The notes beneath the pieces were generated by a model. It was given only the letters and a program-made list of their open reading frames with translations. It was not told the origin of the DNA and made no database searches. From an uncultured Acidobacteriota bacterium (lineage in GTDB: Bacteria; Acidobacteriota; Vicinamibacteria; Vicinamibacterales; UBA8438), in assembly GCA_913043225.1 (NCBI GenBank), contig CAJWLU010000032.1, positions 1-31,235 of the forward strand: a stretch of 31,235 bases of DNA, written 5' to 3'. Of this stretch, positions 1-10,035 are shown piece by piece; positions within the stretch are counted from its first letter, which is position 1, and every line of letters starts with the position of its first letter. The position numbers were made by a program, and so were the translations under genes.

Positions 1-1
1 G

Positions 2-880
2 CTGGTGATCGTCGGCGGCTCCCGGGAACGGCACGAGCACGGCGGGCCTTCCCACCGCGGTGAGCTCGGCGAGCGATGTCGCTCCGGCTCGGCCCACCAC
101 CACGTCGGCGTCACGCATCAACTCGGCCATCTCCAAGAAAAACGGGGCGACGCGCGCCGTCAGCCCGCAGGCGGCATACCCCCGTTCGACCTCTGCGAAG
201 TCCGCCGTCCCGGTCTGGTGCGTCACGGCGATCGCCGGCTGGGTGGCGGCCAGATGGGGCGCAGCCGCAAGCATCGCCATGTTGATCGCGTGCGCCCCCT
301 GCGACCCGCCCAGCACCAGTAGCCTTCCGCCGGCCGCCTCCGGCCGAGGCGGCGCCGGCTCGAAGAACGTGTCCCTGACTGGATTCCCGGTCAACACGCC
401 AATTCGGGGGAAGTGCACCAGCGCAGACTCGTGCGAGACCGCGGCTGCCGACACCACCCGCGCGAGGGTGCGGTTGGTGAAACCGGGCAGCGCGTTCTGT
501 TCGAGCACCATCGTCGGGATACCCCGGGCCGCGGCCATGAGCAGGATCGCACCCGAGGAGTAGCCACCCAGCCCGATAACCAGACGCGGCCGCAGCGTCG
601 AGATCACCCACCAACCGTCCCACGCGCTGAGGGGCAGCGTGAGCAGACCACGCAGCACCGCGAGGACGCTCTTGCCCTTCAAGCCCACGCTCCGAATCCG
701 TTGATGCTCGAGCCCGATGCCAACCACCGCCTCCACCTCGTGGCCACGTCCGGTTCCCGCGAAGACGACACGTGCCTCGGGATATCGCCGCTTGAGTTCT
801 TGCGCCGTGGCCACACCGGGATAAAGATGGCCCCCGGTACCGGCGCCGCAGAGCAAGACACAGGGAGCTGGAGTCACCAT
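2..880 (-). CDS. murG: Undecaprenyl-PP-MurNAc-pentapeptide GlcNAc transferase MurG (partial; 3' end beyond left edge)
   Basis: Not in the ORF track, as expected if the frame has no stop in the window. Hand translation of both ends: ATG 880 gives MVTPAPCVLLCGAGTGGHLYPGVA; the window edge gives GRAGATSLAELTAVGRPAVLVPFPGAADDHQ in the same frame. Follows ftsW. Confidence 0.96.
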   Translation of the reverse strand, partial: MVTPAPCVLLCGAGTGGHLYPGVATAQELKRRYPEARVVFAGTGRGHEVEAVVGIGLEHQRIRSVGLKGKSVLAVLRGLLTLPLSAWDGWWVISTLRPRLVIGLGGYSSGAILLMAAARGIPTMVLEQNALPGFTNRTLARVVSAAAVSHESALVHFPRIGVLTGNPVRDTFFEPAPPRPEAAGGRLLVLGGSQGAHAINMAMLAAAPHLAATQPAIAVTHQTGTADFAEVERGYAACGLTARVAPFFLEMAELMRDADVVVGRAGATSLAELTAVGRPAVLVPFPGAADDHQ

Positions 881-921
881 CTGTCGCCACCGCCCGATCC
901 GCGCTCGTCACGTCGACCTCA

Positions 922-2025
922 TCAGGGATTCGACGACGCATGCTGCGACACGTTCAGCAGAATGCCCATCCCGAGCAGACTGACCAACAACGAGGAGCCA
1001 CCCGAACTGACGAACGGCAGTGGAATCCCCTTGGTCGGCATCAGCCCGAGGACCACGCTGATGTTCACGAAGGCCTGAAACGCCACCATCATGGTGAGGC
1101 CGAGCGCCAAAAACGACCCGAACGCATCAGGCGCTGCGGCGCTGATCCGGAGACCGCGCCAAACGATGACCCCGAAGCAGACCAGAACCGCGGACGCCCC
1201 GACGAGACCCGTCTCCTCGGCGATCACGGCATAGATGAAGTCAGTGTGCGGCGCCGGCAAGTAGAAGAGCTTCTGCACCCCACCCATCAGGCCCTGCCCG
1301 ACGACACCGCCCGTGCCGACCGCAATCTGAGACTGGATGATCTGAAAGCCGTCACCGAGCGGATCCGCCCAGGGGTCGAGGAACGCCATCAAGCGGCGGC
1401 GACGGTAGTCGGCGCTGGCTAGGATGACGGCAAGCACCGGCGCCATCACCAGCGCGGTGCCGATGATGTAGCGATAGCGGAGTCCCGCCGCAAAGACCAT
1501 CACCGACACGATCAGGAGCAACGTGAATGCAGTGCCGAAGTCGGGTTCCAGAACGATCAGCCCGCAGACGAGTGCCGTCACACCGGCGATCGGACCGAGC
1601 GCGTAACGCACCTCGTCGATCTTGTGCATCCGCTGCTCAAGCATCATGGCGGTGAAGATGATGACCACCACCTTTGCGAGCTCGGATGGTTGCACCCCGA
1701 TGCCGCCGATCCCGAGCCACCGACGGGTGCCGTTGATGTCGGGACCGAAAAAGACCGCAACCAGGGCGACGAGCGACAGCCCGAGGCCCGACCAGATCAC
1801 GAGCGGTTGGCGCAGGCTGCGGTAGTCGACGCGCATTGCCAGGCTCAGCAGACACACGCCAAGGGCGGCCCAGGTCACCTGCTTGAAGAGGAAGTAGTAC
1901 GGGGGCTGTTCGAAACGATCGACGGCGAGTACGGCGGACGCACTGTAGACCATGACCACGCTCACGCAAAGGAGGAGCAACGTGGCCAGGAACAGCAGCT
2001 TGTCCGATTTCAGCTTTCGCGCCAT
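922..2025 (-). CDS. ftsW: SEDS peptidoglycan polymerase FtsW
   Basis: Multi-TM protein with VMVYSAS, RW..IG..GVQPSE, LPAPHTDFI and GIPLPFVSSGGSS motifs. Start set at ATG 2025 (MARKLKSD) rather than 2103. Confidence 0.96.
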   Translation of the reverse strand: MARKLKSDKLLFLATLLLLCVSVVMVYSASAVLAVDRFEQPPYYFLFKQVTWAALGVCLLSLAMRVDYRSLRQPLVIWSGLGLSLVALVAVFFGPDINGTRRWLGIGGIGVQPSELAKVVVIIFTAMMLEQRMHKIDEVRYALGPIAGVTALVCGLIVLEPDFGTAFTLLLIVSVMVFAAGLRYRYIIGTALVMAPVLAVILASADYRRRRLMAFLDPWADPLGDGFQIIQSQIAVGTGGVVGQGLMGGVQKLFYLPAPHTDFIYAVIAEETGLVGASAVLVCFGVIVWRGLRISAAAPDAFGSFLALGLTMMVAFQAFVNISVVLGLMPTKGIPLPFVSSGGSSLLVSLLGMGILLNVSQHASSNP

Positions 2026-2108
2026 ACTCGCCGCCTGCGTTCGACAGTGGATCGGGCTTGTCGTTCCCCGAGGCCTAAAGCCTAGGGCCGTTCGATCCGA
2101 CAAACCGT

Positions 2109-2239
2109 GCGTGAGCGGTCAACAGTCATCAGTCGAGCGTGAGGAATAGACACCGGCCTCGCAAACCGAGGCAGCCTGCGTTCCCAGCGGACGGCTCTAG
2201 ACCGCCACTACCCGACTGATGACTGTTCACTGCTCACGC
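2109..2239. repeat. Long inverted repeat (27 bp arms, 25/27 match) enclosing smaller hairpins; candidate structured RNA element
   Basis: GCGTGAGCGGTCAACAGTCATCAGTCG (2109-2135) vs CGACTGATGACTGTTCACTGCTCACGC (2213-2239); internal hairpin GCCTCG-CAAAC-CGAGGC (2156-2172). Right arm overlaps the murD stop. Confidence 0.75.
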
Positions 2240-3606
2240 GTCGTCGCTCGCTCCTCCCGCAGGCGGTCCACCGCCTGCTTGAACACCCGTCCCCGCTCTG
2301 CATAGTCGGGGAACATATCCAGACTCGCGCAGGCCGGCGCCAGCAGCACCGTGCCCCCGGGCGGAGCGACACCATAGGCGGTCTGCACCGCCGCTGGGAG
2401 CGACTCTCGCTCCAGCACGCGCACCACCGTGCCGAAGGCATCCTTCAATTGCCGCCGCGCCTCACCTATCACCACCACGGCATCAGCGTGCCGGCCAAGC
2501 AGCACGGTTAACCGCCCCAGATCGCCGCCCTTGAAGCGCCCGCCCATGATCACGACCAGCGGCGCCTGACAGCTCTCGACGGCCCGGGCCGCGGCTTCCA
2601 CGTTGGTTGCCTTCGAGTCGTTGACGAAGCGCACGCCGTCGACCTCTCCAACCGCTTCCAGGGCATGCTCGAGACCGTGGAACGCTTCGACGGCCGCCGT
2701 CATCTCTTCTCCTGACACGCCCAGCAGATTGGCCGCCGCACCGGCGGCAAGCACGTCGCTCAGCAGATGCCGACCGGACAGGCGAACCGCCGACAGTGGA
2801 ATCAACGGGCGGTCGCCGCCCTTCGTGCGGTGCACGATCCGATCACCGGCCACCATCACACCAGCCTGCAGCGGCCGCTCGACCGCGTAGCACTCGCGCT
2901 GGGCCGCGCAGTTGCGGGTCAGCTCGAGGACGGCCGAATCATCAGCGTTGACGACGAGGCTGTCCTCGCCGGTCTGGTTGACACAGATCCGCGCCTTCGC
3001 GGCGGCGTAGACCGCGTGGTCGGCGTGCCGATCGAGGTGGTCGCTGTACAGGTTCAGGAACACTGCCACCGACGGCCGGAACGTGGTCGTGAGCTCGAGT
3101 TGGAAGCTGGACACTTCGACGACGTGGACAGCGTCTGGCGTGGACTGCTCGATCTGTGAGCTCAGCGCCGTGCCGACATTGCCGCCCACCAACACGATCC
3201 GCCCTCCGGCTTCGAGCATCCGTCCCAGCAGTACCGTCGTCGTAGACTTCCCCTTGGTCCCGGTAACCGCGACGATCCGGCCCTGCACCCAGCGAGACGC
3301 CAGCTCTATCTCGCTGATGATCGGTACGTCACCGGCTCGCGCAGCCGCCAGCACCGGTAAAGTCGGAGGCACACCAGGACTCAACACGACCAGGGCGGCA
3401 TTGCGCAGCGTGTCGTCGCGATGCCCGCCCAGCTCTAACTCGACACCGGCATCCCTCAGCGCGGTCACCTCGGGTCCGACCTCGTCACGTGACTCGGTCA
3501 AGGTAACCCTCGCTCCGCGGTTCGCCAGTAACCGTGCCGCGGCGACTCCGCTCCGCGCCGCACCCACCACCACCACCGGCATGCCGTGCACTGAGAAGTT
3601 GGTCAT
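2227..3606 (-). CDS. murD: UDP-MurNAc-L-Ala:D-Glu ligase MurD
   Basis: GAARSG, VLSPGVP, GTKGKSTT P-loop, EVSSFQL, DHLDRH, NDSKATN, APACASLDMF. ATG 3606 overlaps the mraY stop (ATGA). Confidence 0.96.
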   Translation of the reverse strand: MTNFSVHGMPVVVVGAARSGVAAARLLANRGARVTLTESRDEVGPEVTALRDAGVELELGGHRDDTLRNAALVVLSPGVPPTLPVLAAARAGDVPIISEIELASRWVQGRIVAVTGTKGKSTTTVLLGRMLEAGGRIVLVGGNVGTALSSQIEQSTPDAVHVVEVSSFQLELTTTFRPSVAVFLNLYSDHLDRHADHAVYAAAKARICVNQTGEDSLVVNADDSAVLELTRNCAAQRECYAVERPLQAGVMVAGDRIVHRTKGGDRPLIPLSAVRLSGRHLLSDVLAAGAAANLLGVSGEEMTAAVEAFHGLEHALEAVGEVDGVRFVNDSKATNVEAAARAVESCQAPLVVIMGGRFKGGDLGRLTVLLGRHADAVVVIGEARRQLKDAFGTVVRVLERESLPAAVQTAYGVAPPGGTVLLAPACASLDMFPDYAERGRVFKQAVDRLREERATTREQ

Positions 3607-4670
3607 CGCAGCTTCAACGTCGCCAGGCTGAAACAGGCGAACACTACGGCGGCGATGAGAAACCGTGTAATCACCTTCGGCTCGCTCCACCCCAGCAGCT
3701 CGCAGTGGTGGTGCAGTGGCGCCATGCGAAACACCCGCTGTCCGGTCAATTTGAAGGAGCCGACCTGGATGATCACCGAGGCCGCCTCGATGACGAACAC
3801 CGCACCCACGACCGGTAACAGCAGCTCCTGCTTGATCAGGATGGCGACTGTACCCAAGGCTCCTCCCAGCGCGAGCGAACCCACATCGCCCATGAACATC
3901 TCGGCGGGATGCGAGTTGTACCAGAGAAAGCCCAAGCCGGCGCCGACCAGCGCGCCGCAGAAGACCGTCAGCTCGGCCGCCGGCGCGAAGTGAGTCAGCA
4001 GGAGGTAGTCTGCGAAGATCGCGTGGCCGGTCACGTAGGCCAGCGCCGTCAAGGCAGCGGCCGCGACCGTGAACACGCTAATGGCCAGCCCGTCCAGACC
4101 GTCGGTCAGGTTGACCGCGTTCGAGAAGAAGACCAGGCCGAACATCGCGAACGGCACATAAAGCCATCCGATGTCCGGCGTCAGTGTCTTCAAGAACGGA
4201 AAGAGCAGCTCGGTGCTGTAGAGCCCGTTGTCGGTCAGCCAGAGGAGCGCAATGCCGACGGCCATCGCCACGATCCCCTGGCCAATCACCTTGTAGAGGG
4301 GTCGAAGACCCGTGTGGTTCTTCCGCACCACTTTCAGGTAGTCATCGACGAACCCCACAGTCCCGAACGCCAGCGTCGCCAGCATGGCGATCCAGAGATG
4401 CAGGTTGGTGAGGTCGCCCCAGACCAGGGTGGGCACCGTGGCCGCGGTCAAGATCAAGACTCCGCCCATCGTCGGCGTCCCGGCCTTCGACTGGTGAGTC
4501 TCGGAAAGCTCGTCTCTGACAACCTGCCCGATCTGGAAGTCCCGAAGGGCTCGGATCAACCAGGGTCCCATGACGAGACTGATCACGAACGCGGTGAGTC
4601 CGGCCGCAGCGGTACGGAACGTGATGTACTGGATCACGTTCACTTGCGGATAAAGCAGGTAGTAGAGCAT
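3603..4670 (-). CDS. mraY: Phospho-MurNAc-pentapeptide transferase MraY
   Basis: KAGTPTMGG, GFVDDY, NAVNLTDGLDGL, FMGDVGS, MAPLHHH. ATG 4670 overlaps the murF stop (TGATG). Confidence 0.97.
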   Translation of the reverse strand: MLYYLLYPQVNVIQYITFRTAAAGLTAFVISLVMGPWLIRALRDFQIGQVVRDELSETHQSKAGTPTMGGVLILTAATVPTLVWGDLTNLHLWIAMLATLAFGTVGFVDDYLKVVRKNHTGLRPLYKVIGQGIVAMAVGIALLWLTDNGLYSTELLFPFLKTLTPDIGWLYVPFAMFGLVFFSNAVNLTDGLDGLAISVFTVAAAALTALAYVTGHAIFADYLLLTHFAPAAELTVFCGALVGAGLGFLWYNSHPAEMFMGDVGSLALGGALGTVAILIKQELLLPVVGAVFVIEAASVIIQVGSFKLTGQRVFRMAPLHHHCELLGWSEPKVITRFLIAAVVFACFSLATLKLR

Positions 4671-6079
4671 CAGGCGCACTCCGCCTCTAGACGGGCCACC
4701 ACCTGCTCGGTCCGCACGCCGCGTGATCCCTTGACCAGAACCACATCGCCGTCTTCCAAGCGGTCGATCAACGCCGAGGCCGCGCCCTCACTGTCCTCGG
4801 AGTAGATCACGTCCCCCTGCGGCATCCCGGCCTCTACCGCTGCCACTGCCATGGCCTCCGCTGCTTCACCTCCCACGGTGAGCAGCAACCCCAATTCGTA
4901 AGCCGCGGCCACCCGTCCCGTGTCCCGATGCAGCGGCAACGCCCGCGAACCCAATTCCAGCATCTCTCCCAGCACTGCGATTCGGCGGCCCGGCCGAGAG
5001 TCGCCGGCGAACGCCGCCAGTGCGGTTCGAACGGCCAGAGGACTAGCGTTGTAGGTGTCGTCGACAACTACGACTCCCCGCCCGGGACGGAGGAGCCGGC
5101 CACGTCCTGGAGCTGCGGTCACGCTGGCGACACGCGCCGCCGCTTCCTCGGGAGACACGTCGAAACGGAGACCAACCGCGACGGCCGCGAGCACGTTGGC
5201 CAGATTCCCGCGACCCGGGAGCGAGCTCTGGAGCTGCGCTTCTCCGAGCGGCGTTCGGATAGTCGCCGCGGTGCCGTCGAGGCCGCGCTCATCAATATCG
5301 GCGGCCGTCACCTCCGCACCGGGACCGAACCCGAAGGTGGTCACCTTCGCCGGGCTCCGCCAGACACGGCTCATCACCCGCGCGTCGTCGGCATTCGCCA
5401 CCACCTCGGTCTCAGCCGTCGCTCCCTCGAGAATCTCCGCCTTGGCATCCGCGATGGCGTCGACCGAAGGGAAAAACTCCGCATGCACCTCGGCAACGTT
5501 AGTCCAGACCCGCACATCCGGCTCAGCCAGCTCTACAAGTCGGCTGATCTCGCCTGCGGCGTTCATTCCGAGCTCAAGAACGGCCACCTCCGGACGGTCG
5601 GCCAGAGCGAGCAACGACAGCGGCAGACCGATGTGGTTGTTGAGATTACCTTTGGTTCGGAACACATCGAATCTCGACTCGAGCACCGCCGCGGTCAACT
5701 CCTTCGTCGTCGTCTTGCCAACGCTGCCGGTAATCGCTACCACTCTGGTGCCCGACCGTCGCCGATGGTAGCGCCCCAGTTTCTGAAGGGCCTGCAGCGT
5801 GTCATCGACGACGACGCCGGCCGACTCCCCCAATGCGTCGGCTCGCGCCACCACCGCCGCACAGGCGCCCTTCTCGTGCGCGGCCTGCACGAACTCGTGC
5901 CCGTCGAGCCGCTGTCCTTCGATCGCGATAAACAATTCTCCCGCTCGGATCGCACGCGAATCGATGGCGTAGCCCTCAATCCGAACCGTTCGGTTTCCAA
6001 TCGCCTCGCCGCCGACCACCGCCGCGAGCTCGCCAAGCGTCAGAACCGAGCAGGGCCGCGTCGCGCCGGTTGTCTCCAT
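4670..6079 (-). CDS. murF: UDP-MurNAc-tripeptide:D-Ala-D-Ala ligase MurF
   Basis: IDSR, ITGSVGKTTTKE, GNLNNHIGLP, ELGMN, DDTYNASP, LGEMLELG, VKGSRG. Confidence 0.96.
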   Translation of the reverse strand: METTGATRPCSVLTLGELAAVVGGEAIGNRTVRIEGYAIDSRAIRAGELFIAIEGQRLDGHEFVQAAHEKGACAAVVARADALGESAGVVVDDTLQALQKLGRYHRRRSGTRVVAITGSVGKTTTKELTAAVLESRFDVFRTKGNLNNHIGLPLSLLALADRPEVAVLELGMNAAGEISRLVELAEPDVRVWTNVAEVHAEFFPSVDAIADAKAEILEGATAETEVVANADDARVMSRVWRSPAKVTTFGFGPGAEVTAADIDERGLDGTAATIRTPLGEAQLQSSLPGRGNLANVLAAVAVGLRFDVSPEEAAARVASVTAAPGRGRLLRPGRGVVVVDDTYNASPLAVRTALAAFAGDSRPGRRIAVLGEMLELGSRALPLHRDTGRVAAAYELGLLLTVGGEAAEAMAVAAVEAGMPQGDVIYSEDSEGAASALIDRLEDGDVVLVKGSRGVRTEQVVARLEAECA

Positions 6080-6098
6080 ATCGCAGACACCCCCGTCG

Positions 6099-7610
6099 TC
6101 AGGCGGACGCCGCTCCCCTTCGCCGCCGAGCCAGCGCGGCGGCTACGATCTTCCGGTCGTCGAACGGGCGGCGCTCGTCTCCAATCACTTGCTCGGTTTC
6201 GTGGCCCTTTCCGGCAACCACCACCATGTCGCCGGGCTCGGCCAGAGCGACTGCCCGTTCGATGGCGCGTCTCCGATCGACGATGGCTAGATGACTCACC
6301 TCCTCATCCGCTGACGACGACACCAACCCCCGCTCGACGTCGGCGATGATGGCGGCCGGATCCTCGGTACGGGGGTTATCCGACGTCACCACCACTAGGT
6401 CGCTCAGCCGGCCCGCCACCGCGCCCATCAGCGGCCGTTTGGCCGGGTCCCGGTCACCGCCACAGCCGAACACGGAGATGACCCGTCCAGAGCCCAGAGC
6501 CCGCGCCGTGGTCAACACCGCCCGAAGCGCATCGTCGGTATGCGCAAAGTCGACGAGCACCTGGATGTTGTCCGCTGGTCCCGACACCCGCTCCAACCGG
6601 CCCGGCACGTCCGCCACTAATCCGACTCCCCGTGAGATCGCGTCGAGGGGAAGATCAAGCGCGAGCGCGGTGCTGACCGCCGCCAGCACGTTGTAGACGT
6701 TCAACCGGCCCAGGAGCGACGTTGTGAGCTGCAATGGCCCGCGAGGGGTGTGGAGCTCGAGCGCCGTGCCTTCGAGACCGAGGTCCATCCGGGTCGGTCG
6801 GACGTCGGCAGCGTGATCGATGGCGTAGGTAACGGGACGCTCGGCGGTCTCGGCAAGCTGTCGTCCGTAGGGGTCGTCGACATTCACGACCGCTGGCGCG
6901 CCGCGAGGCAACATCTCGAACAACCGTCGCTTGGCACCGAAGTACCGCGACATGTCGCCGTGGTAGTCAAGGTGGTCTCGAGTCAGGTTAGAGAAAACGG
7001 CCGACTTGAACCGGATCTGGTCGACTCTCCGGAGAGCCAAAGCGTGCGACGACACCTCCATCACACACGCGCGCCGGTCATGATCGCGCATCTCGCGCAG
7101 CAGCGCCTGAATCTCGGGCGCCTCTGGGGTGGTACGAACGGCCGCCTCGCTCCGCCCCCCGGTCTCGTAGCGCACCGTACCGATCTGGCCGCACGGACAT
7201 CCGGCCGCTTCGAAGATGGCAGCCAGGAGATAGGTCGTGGTGGTCTTGCCGTTGGTACCGGTCACTCCGACGAGCGCTAGTTCGTGGCTCGGATCGCCGG
7301 AAAAAGCTGCGGCCAGCTCCGCCAAGGCCGTCCGGCTGTCCGAGACCTCTATCCACGGCGCCTGAACGCCGACTGGCGCCGGTGACGACGCTACCACCAG
7401 CAACGCCCCCTGCGCCTCGGCATCGGCGGCAAACTCCGACCCGTCGAACCGCTCGCCCCGCAGTGCCACGAAGACCGCGCCCGGCCGCACCAGACGCGAG
7501 TCGTAGTCGACGGCGGTCACAGTGCGGGCTCCGAGCTCGGCCGTAGCCAGCAGCCCTTCGGGCGCCGACCTGACTCCCGACAGTCGAGGCAGCAGCTGGC
7601 GCAGCGTCAC
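6099..7610 (-). CDS. murE: UDP-MurNAc-dipeptide:meso-DAP ligase MurE
   Basis: GTNGKTTT, RTTPE, MEVSSH, NLTRDHLDYH, FGCGGDRD, DNPR (meso-DAP type), AGKGHE. GTG overlaps the ftsI stop. Confidence 0.96.
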   Translation of the reverse strand: MTLRQLLPRLSGVRSAPEGLLATAELGARTVTAVDYDSRLVRPGAVFVALRGERFDGSEFAADAEAQGALLVVASSPAPVGVQAPWIEVSDSRTALAELAAAFSGDPSHELALVGVTGTNGKTTTTYLLAAIFEAAGCPCGQIGTVRYETGGRSEAAVRTTPEAPEIQALLREMRDHDRRACVMEVSSHALALRRVDQIRFKSAVFSNLTRDHLDYHGDMSRYFGAKRRLFEMLPRGAPAVVNVDDPYGRQLAETAERPVTYAIDHAADVRPTRMDLGLEGTALELHTPRGPLQLTTSLLGRLNVYNVLAAVSTALALDLPLDAISRGVGLVADVPGRLERVSGPADNIQVLVDFAHTDDALRAVLTTARALGSGRVISVFGCGGDRDPAKRPLMGAVAGRLSDLVVVTSDNPRTEDPAAIIADVERGLVSSSADEEVSHLAIVDRRRAIERAVALAEPGDMVVVAGKGHETEQVIGDERRPFDDRKIVAAALARRRRGAASA

Positions 7611-9607
7611 GGCGCGGACTCCATGGCTCGACGATCGAGCTCGAGATGGACGGTCTGGTGCGGAGTCATCGCGCCGCCAGGCTCCGGCATCTGAGTGGCC
7701 ACGAACCCGTCCCCGCTAATCTCGACCGATAGCCCCAATTCGGTAGCAACCTCGACCGCCTGACGGGCGCCCAATCCGCGCAGGTCCGGCATCGTGCCCG
7801 GAGCGGCGCCGATGCCGGTCGTCCGGACGGCCGGCTGCAACCTGGCCGCGACCGGCAACGCAGTCACAGGAAGGAACAGCTCGTCGGCCAGAAGCACCGG
7901 AGCCGGAGCGTCGATGTTAGGCGGCACGCCCAGCTGACGGAGTGCCGCCTCGGCGATACGCTGGAACACCGGCGCGGCAACCGATCCGCCCCCTCGATTC
8001 ACGTCGTCGACGACAACGAGGATGGTCAGCTCTGGGCGGGTCGAGGGTGTGAACCCGGCGAACGAGGCGATGTTCCGGCCCTGGTCCTGATAGCGCCCGT
8101 TGACCAGCTTCTCCGTTGTCCCCGTCTTGCCCGCGGCGGTATAGCCCGCGAGCTGCGCCGACTGAGCTGTGCCTCTGGTGACCACGTCCTCAAGCATCCG
8201 CGTCATGGTCAGTGCCGTGTTCTTCGACATGACCCGGCGGACAACCCGTCGCGGCGCCTCCACACGCTCACCCTCATTGAGAACCGCACGAACCAGACGC
8301 GGGGCGACGAGCTCACCACCATTGGCGACCGCGCTCATCGCGGCCGCCATCTGGAGCGGTGTAACCGAGATGCTGTAGCCCATCGAGACCGAGGCCAGAT
8401 CGCTCTCGGTCAGGCGGGCCGGGTTATACACGATGCCGCGGCTCTCGCCGGGGAAATCAGACGACGCGCGCTCGCCGAACCCGAAACGACGCACGTAGCG
8501 GCCCATCCGCTCCGCACCGAGCCGCTGGCTCAGCTTGCTGGCGCCGACATTACTCGAGCGCACGAGCACGTCGGTGAACGACAGCACCCCGTAGTTACGG
8601 AGATCGGAGATAGTGCGTGAACCGAAGCGGATCGAGCCAGGATTGGTATCGAACAGCTCCGCCGGATGGGACAACCCCTCTTCGAGGGCGGCCGAGGCGG
8701 TGATCACCTTAAAGATCGAGCCGGGCTCATAAACCGCCTGGGTCGCCCGATTTCGACGCTCGTCCTCACTCGTCGAGCCGAAGACGTTGGGGTTGAAGGT
8801 CGGCTCGTTGGCCAGGGCCAGTATCTCGCCGGTGAATGGGTTCATCACCACGACACTTCCACCGACCGCACCGTGCTCGCGCACCGCGATCCGGAGCTCT
8901 CGCTCGGTAATGTGCTGTATGTACTTGTCGATAGTTAGTTCCAGCGAGACACCGGCCATCGGCGGCCGCTCGACCCGGCTGAACGCCCGACCGTGAGCAT
9001 CCGTCTGGACGAGCACACGCCCCTCGCGCCCGCTGATTTCCTGGTCGTAGAGCTGCTCGAGACCATGAAGACCCTTGTTGTCGAAGCCGACGAACCCAAG
9101 CAGGTGGGCCGCGAGCTCGGAGTTCGGGTAGAAGCGACGGTTCTCCTTTATCAATCCGATCCCAGGCACGTCCAGGCCCCGGACCCGCTGTGCCGCTTCG
9201 ACCGAGACGTGGCGCTGGACATACGCGAACAACCCATCGCCGGAAAGCCGGCTCTCGACGGTGTTCCACCGCTGCTCACTGCACTCCAGGATTTCGCAGA
9301 CCGCGGCGGTGGTCCCGATCGGGTCCACGACCTCATTGGGCACGGCCACGACCGAGTCCGCCTCGACGCTGTAGGCGAGCAGCCGACCCTCGCGATCGAG
9401 GATCTCGCCCCGCTTCGGAATCGTCTTCACTGACCGCGACTGCTGGCGCTCGGCCTGCTCCACGAGTGCGTCGTAGCGGAAGACCTGGAGATGCACCAAC
9501 CGCGCCTCCATGGCGACACCCCAGAGCGCCATTACCGAGGCCATCACGAGGACGCGTCCCCGAACCGTCCGCCGCCATCGGTCGTTCGCAGGGTGGTTCA
9601 CGGCCAT
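7607..9607 (-). CDS. ftsI: Class B penicillin-binding protein FtsI with C-terminal PASTA domain
   Basis: N-terminal TM, RGEILDR, SxxK (EPGSIFK), SxN (SSN), KTG (GKTGT); C-terminal MPDLRGL...Q.PEPG PASTA pattern. Confidence 0.95.
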   Translation of the reverse strand: MAVNHPANDRWRRTVRGRVLVMASVMALWGVAMEARLVHLQVFRYDALVEQAERQQSRSVKTIPKRGEILDREGRLLAYSVEADSVVAVPNEVVDPIGTTAAVCEILECSEQRWNTVESRLSGDGLFAYVQRHVSVEAAQRVRGLDVPGIGLIKENRRFYPNSELAAHLLGFVGFDNKGLHGLEQLYDQEISGREGRVLVQTDAHGRAFSRVERPPMAGVSLELTIDKYIQHITERELRIAVREHGAVGGSVVVMNPFTGEILALANEPTFNPNVFGSTSEDERRNRATQAVYEPGSIFKVITASAALEEGLSHPAELFDTNPGSIRFGSRTISDLRNYGVLSFTDVLVRSSNVGASKLSQRLGAERMGRYVRRFGFGERASSDFPGESRGIVYNPARLTESDLASVSMGYSISVTPLQMAAAMSAVANGGELVAPRLVRAVLNEGERVEAPRRVVRRVMSKNTALTMTRMLEDVVTRGTAQSAQLAGYTAAGKTGTTEKLVNGRYQDQGRNIASFAGFTPSTRPELTILVVVDDVNRGGGSVAAPVFQRIAEAALRQLGVPPNIDAPAPVLLADELFLPVTALPVAARLQPAVRTTGIGAAPGTMPDLRGLGARQAVEVATELGLSVEISGDGFVATQMPEPGGAMTPHQTVHLELDRRAMESAP

Positions 9608-10035
9608 GTCGAGTCCGATCTACGTACCGGGACTGCCTCAGGCTCCTGGCGTTCGGCAAGGACCGACGGTGCGGGCGGGTCAACCGGAGTAACACGCTCG
9701 ATCACCAGAGCCGAGGGACCCGGTGGCACCATGCTCAACTCCTCGGTCGCGATCCGCTCGACACGCCGCGGTGAGCGCAGCGTCTCGACCTCCAGGCGTA
9801 GGTGCCGGTTGATCTCGATCTGCTCGGCGCGCTCCTGCTCCATCTGCTCGATCTCATAGCCATGACGGAGCAGCTCAAAGTGCTGCCACGCTGAGAACAG
9901 CAGCACGGCGACCAGACACACCCCAATGGCAGCCGAGCGCCACAGCTCGCGCTGCCTGGTCCGATCGATCTCCCGCACGATCGGACTGTTCGTGATCTCA
10001 CGCTTGATGTCGTATTCGAAGTCGAGACGGCTCAT
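9598..10035 (-). CDS. ftsL: Cell division protein FtsL
   Basis: Single TM, coiled coil and LRSPRRVERIA..L.M..P motif; lies between rsmH and ftsI. Confidence 0.88.
   Translation of the reverse strand: MSRLDFEYDIKREITNSPIVREIDRTRQRELWRSAAIGVCLVAVLLFSAWQHFELLRHGYEIEQMEQERAEQIEINRHLRLEVETLRSPRRVERIATEELSMVPPGPSALVIERVTPVDPPAPSVLAERQEPEAVPVRRSDSTWP

Noticed and set aside
2109..2239. Assignment of the murD-ftsW structure to SRP RNA, RNase P, 6S RNA or a c-di-GMP riboswitch
   Set aside because: Diagnostic sequence motifs not found by eye; left unassigned pending an Rfam scan.
4928..6349. Long opposite-strand ORFs (e.g. 4928-6349, 25602-26510, 28566-29573, 29736-30908)
   Set aside because: Antisense shadows of clear genes in GC-rich DNA; Arg/His-rich with no motifs.
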